A stretch of 63,694 nt of DNA, the filler included, from Octopus bimaculoides (Eukaryota), in assembly GCF_001194135.2 (NCBI RefSeq). It is 8 parts of 7 records of this genome, joined end to end, with 100 filler letters (N's around TTAATTAATTAA, not from the genome) between each part and the next. Parts side by side here need not be neighbours in the genome. Positions count along the whole stretch, not along the records: positions 53,065 to 57,363 come from NC_069006.1; positions 57,464 to 61,243 come from NC_069007.1; positions 61,344 to 63,694 come from NC_068991.1; 5 more parts are not named here. One strand, written 5' to 3'. Position numbers and translations under genes: made by a program. Shown one piece after another: positions 55,360 through 63,694 of the stretch. Every line of letters begins with the position of its first letter. The first letter of the stretch is position 1. Below the pieces are notes generated by a model that saw only the letters and a list, made by a program, of their open reading frames with translations, was not told the DNA's origin and did no database searches.

Positions 55360-55615
55360 TTCTGGCCATGCTGGAGCATCGCCTCGAAGGATTTTTAGTC
55401 AGTCGAACAAATCGATCCCAGTACGTTTTTTCTTCGACTGGTTCTTATACTGTTGATCTCTTTTGCCGAACCGCTAGTTTACTGAGACGTAAATAAGCCA
55501 ACACCGGTTGTCAACCGACGATGGGGTGAGGGTGGAGGACAGACAGACATTTACACACGTACATACATAAATACATATAAGCTTATATACTGGGCTTCTT
55601 TCAGTTTCCGTCTCT
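55360..55615 (-). mobile_element. SINE A 3' half
   Basis: Reverse match to the SINE A tail. Confidence 0.75.
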
Positions 55616-55873
55616 ATCTCTCTTTTTCTCTCTTTTTCTCTCTTTCTCTTTTTCTCTCTCTCTCTCTCTGAAACGCCTGTGTTAGAATGATAGCAGCTGA
55701 TGAAGGAAAATGTTCTCTATGTGGCCTGTGTGTTTTCTGTATTCTGATTATTATTATTTTTGTTGTCTACGTTTTGTTTGCAACGTCCTGTACCCAGATA
55801 TGCACCTATATATACAGGTAGATGTTGGTATGCACATACTTGTACGTATATATGCATATACTCATTTATTATT

Positions 55874-55926
<53 letters not shown>

Positions 55927-56457
55927 TACAGACATATACACGCGCGCGTGCTGGTTTATGTCGGACGAATGAGAGGGGAGTGCTCAATACATGTAGAGGA
56001 TACAGTTTCTTTCTTAATTGTAAGAGCCTGTCTCGTGAGTCAAGTTCCACTTTCAGTTTTATTTTGCAATGTGTGATTTGCAGGACAAAACTGCTGTCAT
56101 ATCTGACTGGTAGGTTCAACACATCGATGTTTCTTTGTTGTTTCATCCTAATCAGCCGACAGAGCAGAATTTTGATCAAATCACATTCCATATGTGACCA
56201 CTTCGTATGTTCAAAACTCTATCGAAAATCATATTATTCGATTTGCTTGGCGAGCTGGCAGAATCGTTAGCTCGTCGGGCTAAATGTTTAGCGTCATATT
56301 GCTCGTGTTTGCGTTCTGAGTTCAAATTCCGCCGAGGTCATCCTTGGTTTTCGATAAAATAAGTAGCAATCAAATACCACCACCGTCACCGATTTCAAGC
56401 CTTCTATACATAGCAGAAAGGGCTATTAATCTTAAGATGGTCGGATGTGAAATAAAG

Positions 56458-56697
56458 GAACATGATTACTATTTCTAGCAGATTGAATGACCATCGAGAG
56501 CAGTCGTTCTTAACCGAATGTGATTCAAAGGAACTTGACTGCTATTTCCACCACTTCGAATGACCATTTAGGGCAAAGGTTCTCAATCGGATGGGATTCG
56601 ATAGAACTTGACTGCTATTTCTAGCAGATCGAATGACCATCGAGAGCAGTCGTTCTTAACCGAATGTGATTCAAAGGAACTTGACTGCTATTTCCAC
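56458..56697 (+). repeat. about 72-bp minisatellite with A-B-A-B' organisation
   Basis: Units start gaacttgactgctatttc. 56468-56552 is repeated almost exactly at 56613-56697. Confidence 0.85.
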
Positions 56698-57230
56698 AAA
56701 ACCTGGGTAGGTTGGCCGTGGTGATTGTTGATGTGATGGTGATAGTATCGATGCTTATATTATTCTTTTCTACTTAGGCACGAGGCCCGAAATTTTGGGG
56801 GAGGGGAGCAGTCGATTAGATCGACCCCAGTACGCAACTGGTACTTAATTTATCGACCCCGAAATTTGAACTCAGAACGTAAAGACAGACGAAATACCTG
56901 ATGCTTATAATGTTGATAACGTCGCGGATGGGGAAGAGCGTGGTGTTACTGTTATTGGAAGTGTTTGTGTTGGTTGTGGTGATGTTGCTCGCGATGGTGA
57001 GGGCGTTTTGAGGTGCTAATGACGGTGATAATGGTGACAGGTAGCGGTCGTGGCGTTGTTGTTATAGTTGCTGTTGTCGTTAGTGGTGGGCATGGTGGGG
57101 TTTTCTTTATAATTTGTGCATTCAGCTGACAAGTTTGTGTCTCTATATATAGTATGTAATATCAGTGCATGTTATGTCAGTTTGCGGAAACCTGTAGATG
57201 CGGAGAGAATGACTGAAGGAGAGAGAGAGA

Positions 57231-57269
<39 letters not shown>

Positions 57270-57270
57270 A

Positions 57271-57305
<35 letters not shown>

Positions 57306-57363
57306 GGTTGGAGCTGGAGGGATTTGTAAATATGTCTTTTAGAAAAGATCTTTCTTCGGAGAA

Positions 57364-57463
57364 NNNNNNNNNNNNNNNNNNNNNNNNNNNNNNNNNNNNN
57401 NNNNNNNTTAATTAATTAANNNNNNNNNNNNNNNNNNNNNNNNNNNNNNNNNNNNNNNNNNNN
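57364..57463. other. artificial scaffold linker
   Basis: 44N + TTAATTAATTAA (57408-57419) + 44N. Confidence 0.97.
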
Positions 57464-58240
57464 GGTGGTGGTGGTGGTTATGGTGGTGGAGGTGGTGGTG
57501 GCGGTGAAGTTGTTTTTTGTGGTTGTGGTGGTGGTGGAGTTGTTGCTTTTGGTGAGGGGGGTGGTTATGGTGGTGGAGGTGGTCGTCATCATCGTTGTCA
57601 TCATGATGGTAGTAGTGGTTGTTGTTGTTAGTGGTTGTTTTGTTGTGGTAGCAGTGGTAGTGGTGGAGTTGTTTTGGTGGTGGTGGTAGCAAAGCAGTCA
57701 ACAGTTGACTGTTGTAGTAGCAGTAGTAACAGTTTAGTAGTGGTAATGGTAGTAGTGGTGATGGTAGTAGTGGTGATGGTAGTAGTGGTGATGGTGATGA
57801 TGTGGGTGATTATGATGATGATGATAATTTTTGGTGGTGCTGTTGGTGGGGGGTGGGTATGGTAAATGCGATAGCAATGGTTATAGTGTTAGTTGTAGCG
57901 ACAGTGATGACGATGATGATGATGACAACATTGATGATTACCACGATCATGATGATAATGATGATAATAATGATGATGATGATGACCATGCTAATTGCAA
58001 TTATCACTTACATCTTCATCATCATCAACATCACTGCTATCATCATCATCATCATCATTAATATCACTGCTAGTATCCCAACCACCAACACCACCACCAT
58101 CATCATCATCATCAATTACCACTGCCATCATCCCACCACCACCATCATCATCGTCCTCATCACTATCATCAATACCACTCCCATCATCCCCACCACCACC
58201 ACCACCATTATCATCGTCATCATCATCATCATCCTCTTCA
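57464..58240. repeat. compound triplet repeat: GGT/GTA/GAT switching to CAT/CAC
   Basis: Directly visible. The strand switch is near 57995. Confidence 0.9.
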
Positions 58241-58651
58241 TTATGAGGACAGTTGTATTGCTAAATAATGACCACACTGTCCTTTATCCGTTCTAATTAC
58301 TCTAAACCTCAGACCAATTCTTCCGCCAACCAATTCCGCCATCTCCTCGTTCCTTTTCTGACGTCTTGATTTAAAAGATTTCAATTTTTCCAAGAATACT
58401 ATTTATTTCAGTCTGAAATTGAAGTTGATTCTTATCAAATGGTAACCTGAAAGAATTTGGGAATTGAATTAAATTGAAATACTGTGAAATGGCAAAGTCT
58501 TTTATTAGATTATCTCATAGGACATCTTAGAGTGTTTGCTACGGTGCCTTGTTCTGTGAGTTCCGATTCCAATGAAGTTGCTTTTGCTTTTCAATTCTTT
58601 AAGGATATCATGATAAAAGGAAGTACCAACAATTAGTTCAGGGAGTTATTT

Positions 58652-58688
<37 letters not shown>

Positions 58689-58704
58689 TCTCTATTTATA
58701 TTCT

Positions 58705-59103
58705 CTCTACTCTTTTACTTGTTTCAGTCATTTGACTGTGGCCATGCCGGAGCACCACCTTTAGTCGAGCAAATCGACCCCAGGACTTATTCTTTGTAAG
58801 CCTAGTACTTATTCTCTCAGTCACTTTTGCCAAACCACTAAGTTGCGGGGATGTAAACACACCAACATCGGTTGTCAAGCAATGTTGGGGGACAAACACA
58901 GGCACAAACATATACACACACATACATATATATAAATACATATATGTGACGGACTTCCTTCAGTTTCCGTCTACCAAATCCAATCACAAGGTTGACCCGA
59001 GGCTATAGTGGAAGACACTTGCCCAAGGTGCCACGCAGTGGGACTGAACCCAGAACCATGTGGTTCGTAAGTAAGCTACTTACCACACAACCACTCCTAC
59101 GCC
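58705..59103 (-). mobile_element. full-length SINE A
   Basis: Reverse complement of 44183-44595. Confidence 0.92.
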
Positions 59104-59171
59104 TATATATATATATTCCTTTATACTGAGTGCTTACTTGACATCTGCCAGGAATTTTTAATCCCATTTTG

Positions 59172-59215
<44 letters not shown>

Positions 59216-60904
59216 NNNNNNNNNNNNNNNNNNNNNNNNNNNNNNNNNNNNNNNNNNNNNNNNNNNNNNNNNNNNNNNNNNNNNNNNNNNNNNNNNNNNN
59301 NNNNNNNNNNNNNNNNNNNNNNNNNNNNNNNNNNNNNNNNNNNNNNNNNNNNNNNNNNNNNNNNNNNNNNNNNNNNNNNNNNNNNNNNNNNNNNNNNNNN
59401 NNNNNNNNNNNNNNNNNNNNNNNNNNNNNNNNNNNNNNNNNNNNNNNNNNNNNNNNNNNNNNNNNNNNNNNNNNNNNNNNNNNNNNNNNNNNNNNNNNNN
59501 NNNNNNNNNNNNNNNNNNNNNNNNNNNNNNNNNNNNNNNNNNNNNNNNNNNNNNNNNNNNNNNNNNNNNNNNNNNNNNNNNNNNNNNNNNNNNNNNNNNN
59601 NNNNNNNNNNNNNNNNNNNNNNNNNNNNNNNNNNNNNNNNNNNNNNNNNNNNNNNNNNNNNNNNNNNNNNNNNNNNNNNNNNNNNNNNNNNNNNNNNNNN
59701 NNNNNNNNNNNNNNNNNNNNNNNNNNNNNNNNNNNNNNNNNNNNNNNNNNNNNNNNNNNNNNNNNNNNNNNNNNNNNNNNNNNNNNNNNNNNNNNNNNNN
59801 NNNNNNNNNNNNNNNNNNNNNNNNNNNNNNNNNNNNNNNNNNNNNNNNNNNNNNNNNNNNNNNNNNNNNNNNNNNNNNNNNNNNNNNNNNNNNNNNNNNN
59901 NNNNNNNNNNNNNNNNNNNNNNNNNNNNNNNNNNNNNNNNNNNNNNNNNNNNNNNNNNNNNNNNNNNNNNNNNNNNNNNNNNNNNNNNNNNNNNNNNNNN
60001 NNNNNNNNNNNNNNNNNNNNNNNNNNNNNNNNNNNNNNNNNNNNNNNNNNNNNNNNNNNNNNNNNNNNNNNNNNNNNNNNNNNNNNNNNNNNNNNNNNNT
60101 ATATATATATATATATATATATTCCTGTATGTATATACATGTGTACAAATATTTATACATATGTATATGTGTGTGTATGTATGTATGTATGATGTGGTGT
60201 TGCCATCCGGTTTCACCAGTCCTCAGTCAAATCGTCCAACCCATGCTAGCATGGAAAGCGGACGTTAAACGATGATGATGATGATGATGATACTGAAATG
60301 CAATGAACCAGTCCCTGACTGACCTTTTGTAAACCCTAAAAATCAACAGCACCCCTCTCTAGGTATGACCCAAGTGACGACATAAAACAATCTTGTTCAT
60401 ATTCATTTAGTCTGCTAGAAATAGCAACCAAACCTCCTTCTAAAAACATCCTATCAACTTTAAAACACAGTAAAGGAAATATTGGATGACATAAAATGTG
60501 CCTAAAAATAATACAAGATGGCCATGACTAGATTGTCACCGAAGCCATTTCATTGTTGTCAGGGTTTTGGGTTAGGCACAGACATGGTTATATAGTTAAG
60601 ATGCTTACTTTGAAACCATGTGATTTCAGGTTCCATCCCATTGTGCAGTACCTTGGGCAAGTGTTTTCTACAGCTAATGCGCTGTGAATGGATTTGATAG
60701 ACAGAAACTGTATGATAGCCCATCACATGTGTGTGCGTGTGTGTGTATCCTACATTATATCAGAACAGCATGGTACAACCCCATAAAACTGCTATTGGTA
60801 GTTGGCATCATTAAGTTGTAGCCGGCATAATATAATACAGGAGTTTTTATTTGCATAATCAAAACATTTCCTGTAAATCAACTTAAAGGATATATATATC
60901 GTCG

Positions 60905-61240
60905 CCTTCTTGGCACTTGTACCAGTGGCACGTGAAAAGACATTCGAGCGAGGTCGTTGCCAGTGCCGCTGGACTGGCTCCTGTGCAGGTGGCACGTAAA
61001 ATACACCATTTTGAGCGTGACCTTGCCAGTACCGCCTGACTGGCCTTCGTGTCGGTGGCACGTAAAAGCACCCACTACACTCTCAGAGTGGTTGGCGTTA
61101 GGAAGGGCATCCAGCTGTAGAAACTCTGCCAAATCAGATTGGAGCTTGGTGCAGCCATCTGGTTCACCAGTCCTCAGTCAAATCGTCCAACCCATGCTAG
61201 CATGGAAAGCGGACGTTAAATGATGATGATGATGATGTTG
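60905..61240 (+). mobile_element. SINE family F with internal 65-bp tandem units and (GAT)n tail
   Basis: tggcacgt(a/g)aaa x3, then gttggcgttaggaagggcatccagctgtagaaac and the tail gcatggaaagcggacgttaaatgatgat. Another tail copy is at 60195-60290. Confidence 0.8.
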
Positions 61241-61243
61241 ATA

Positions 61244-61343
61244 NNNNNNNNNNNNNNNNNNNNNNNNNNNNNNNNNNNNNNNNNNNNTTAATTAATTAAN
61301 NNNNNNNNNNNNNNNNNNNNNNNNNNNNNNNNNNNNNNNNNNN
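61244..61343. other. artificial scaffold linker
   Basis: 44N + TTAATTAATTAA (61288-61299) + 44N. Confidence 0.97.
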
Positions 61344-61605
61344 AAACAATGATAATTTAAAACAATGATAATTTAGGTAAGATGTTTTTTGTATATAATA
61401 TACATGTTATTATAATGGATGAAGGGATGATTATTGAATGGTTATTATTTTGATATTATGATATTTTTTAAATAATTTTTCTATATGTGATAGTGGATTT
61501 TCATCGATGAGTTCTTGAAAATTGGTTATTTTCCCTAAAACTATATATATGTATATATATATATGTATGTATATATATGTGTGTATATGTGTGTGTGTCT
61601 CTGTG

Positions 61606-61639
<34 letters not shown>

Positions 61640-61690
61640 CGTATATATATATATATACATACATATATATATATACATNNNNNNNNNNNN

Positions 61691-61748
<58 letters not shown>

Positions 61749-62544
61749 AGTTCACTATTTTACTCTCGTTGTAGTCTAACGACCCTAAATATTTGTTTTC
61801 ATTCGGTTTTTCTTGTATGTCTCCACTGTCATCTTATTGTTCCCAACTTTGACCATCCATAAATCCTAAATTTTATTTTAGAATTTATGGGAGCAACTGT
61901 CCTTGATATCTCATATTGTGGCTCAAGAGCGAAATGAGGAGCAGATACACAGCCAACAACTGATGAAGGACCTTTTCCCTGTGTTTACTTCTCCTGTTTT
62001 CCATTTTTTCTCGTTTACGTTTTTCACTCGTTTTTCCATCATTTGTTTACGTATCTCATATTATTTGAATCGTTGGTGACGCCCTGTACCTATATATGCA
62101 CGTATATATATGTATAATATATTATTTATTACTTATTATTTAATTGAACGCGATGCATCCTTTTCCAAATAATTTCATCTTCATCTTTTTGGTGCGACTC
62201 TTTTCTCTACAGTGTTTTCTTCCTCCATCTTTCTCTAATTTCCTTTTTCTCCCCTCCCTCCTTCAACATTTTCTATCTCTCTCTCTCTCTTCCCCTGTTG
62301 CTCTTTTTCTCTCCCCCTTTATTCGTGTTTCTCTCTCTATCTCTCTCTCTCGTTGCTCACATATGACCATCGTCCATCTTTCTTTTTCTGCACAGATGTT
62401 TAAATGCACGGACGTGTTTTTCTTTCTCTCTTCTATCGTTTCTCTTTTCAGAAAAACAAAGTATGTTTCTCACAGCATTCACCATCTTCCCCTCGTTCTG
62501 GTCTAAAGACCCTCCATGTCTGCTTTCGTTCGGTTTCCTTGGCG

Positions 62545-62750
62545 TCTGATGTGGCTTTTTAAACCAGACAGTGTTTTGAAAAAACACCCACACAGATTGC
62601 ACCTCTGATTTGCACTACCAATGCCTGCAAGTAAGTTCTGCTCATTGTGGATCCTAACATGTCTTTTAAGACCCCCATTGGATTTGCAAACCCTCTGGCA
62701 CACACCACATTCAAACGTGTGCACAGACATATAATCAGAATAGCTGGAAC
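62545..62750 (-). mobile_element. two C2H2 fingers, probable RTE-type LINE C-terminus
   Basis: CGVCQRVCKSNGGLKRHVRIH and CNLCGCFFKTLSGLKSHIRR. No splice sites, and it is fused to other repeats on both sides. Confidence 0.55.
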
Positions 62751-62759
62751 CACAACAAA

Positions 62760-63370
62760 TTATTTAATAATATACTTTCCATTGTCATTTACGACTTCCT
62801 CCCATCATTCAATAAGTCTGTCGATGCCTCGGCGATAGAAATCTCCCGGTCTTGACTCAAGGAATTCGTTCAACCAGCCCTTAATTACGCGTCGTTGTTG
62901 AACGATACACCGAGCAAAGCGTTCGAAAGCGGTCGAAAGAGATGAAAATCTGACGGCGTCAATTTTGGAGAATCTAGTGGATGAGGCAGCACTTCCCATT
63001 CGAGTTCTTGAATCGTGGCTTTGATCATATTGGCGATGAGAGGACGGGCGTTACCGTGTAGCAGAAGAACGCCATTTCGCCTATTCGGTCGTTTTTTTGC
63101 TCAGTTGCTTCGTTGAATCGGTGCTATTGTTGAACGTAGACCGCCGAATTCAGTATTTCGTTGCGCTCAAGCAGTTGTTAACGAATTATGCCTTCCCAGG
63201 CCCACTATATACACAACATGGTCTTTCGAGGATGAAAGTCTTGTTTTGCTCTCGGAGACGCTTGTTTGTAGGGGCTGAGCCATTCTTTTCGCTACTTCAT
63301 ATTGACGTAAAGGCACCATTTTTCATCGCCAGTGATAATGCGGTGAAGAAAACGTTTGTGACCATGCAAC
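62760..63370 (-). pseudogene. mariner (DD34D) transposase catalytic domain, degenerate
   Basis: RIITGDEKWCLY, LLHGNARP, EVLPHPLDSPKLTPSDFHLF, FYRRGIDRL. Multiple stops. Confidence 0.92.
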
Positions 63371-63694
63371 ATTTAATTTAATTTTTCTACAATTTACTTA
63401 AACCAGTAAATTGAAACGATCGTAAATGCTACCTTCATCTCTGCTTCTTCCTTGTTTGTTATCTAATTAAATTAAAAGCGTAGCAGCAAAAACCACGAGT
63501 TTCCCATTGTTATTATATCCATTTTCTTCTCCTATATAACCTAAATTACGGTTTACCAACCGAACCACCTGCTACCGTACAACCTTACAAAGGACTGTAC
63601 CTACCCGGGTAATAACTAGGAGCAACTTTGGATTTAATTATCCCTCAGACGTATTAAACCCCTCTAACTGATACCCACACACACACACAATATA

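Noticed and set aside
55660-55720. GAAAC...CTGATGA as a possible type II hammerhead
   Set aside because: No stem I hairpin can form, and the apparent stem II pairing comes from the adjacent (CT)n repeat.
63097-63381. 94-aa plus-strand ORF
   Set aside because: It is the antisense shadow of the mariner transposase. The same applies to 312-533, 587-904 and 36458-36715.

Overview
Eukaryotic, very repeat-rich DNA. From repeat families recognised from memory it is most likely an octopod cephalopod (Octopus-like); this is an inference, not a database result. The window is eight scaffolds joined by artificial 100-bp linkers (44 N + TTAATTAATTAA + 44 N), plus many ordinary N gaps, so adjacency across those joins is uncertain. 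Almost all ORFs in the track are microsatellite or N artefacts. One host gene is clear: the last five coding exons (+ strand, 47149-51729) of a MEST-like alpha/beta-hydrolase. They have canonical splice sites and consistent phases and give a 142-aa C-terminus. Its 5' half is not visible. One further orphan exon candidate lies at 35658-35955 (-). The rest is tRNA-derived SINEs (several families), decayed DNA transposons (maT/DD37D, mariner DD34D, hAT, Charlie and pogo-like MITEs), R4/Dong- and RTE-like LINE ends, Penelope-like repeats and microsatellites. I cannot demonstrate a new biological system. The best leads are: minimal hammerhead-ribozyme motifs in three Penelope-like repeats, one inside a perfect 155-bp palindrome; a 3-kb head-to-tail chain of about 13 SINEs; a tandem amplification of a mariner 3' end inside the last MEST intron; and a short motif shared by many otherwise different repeats.
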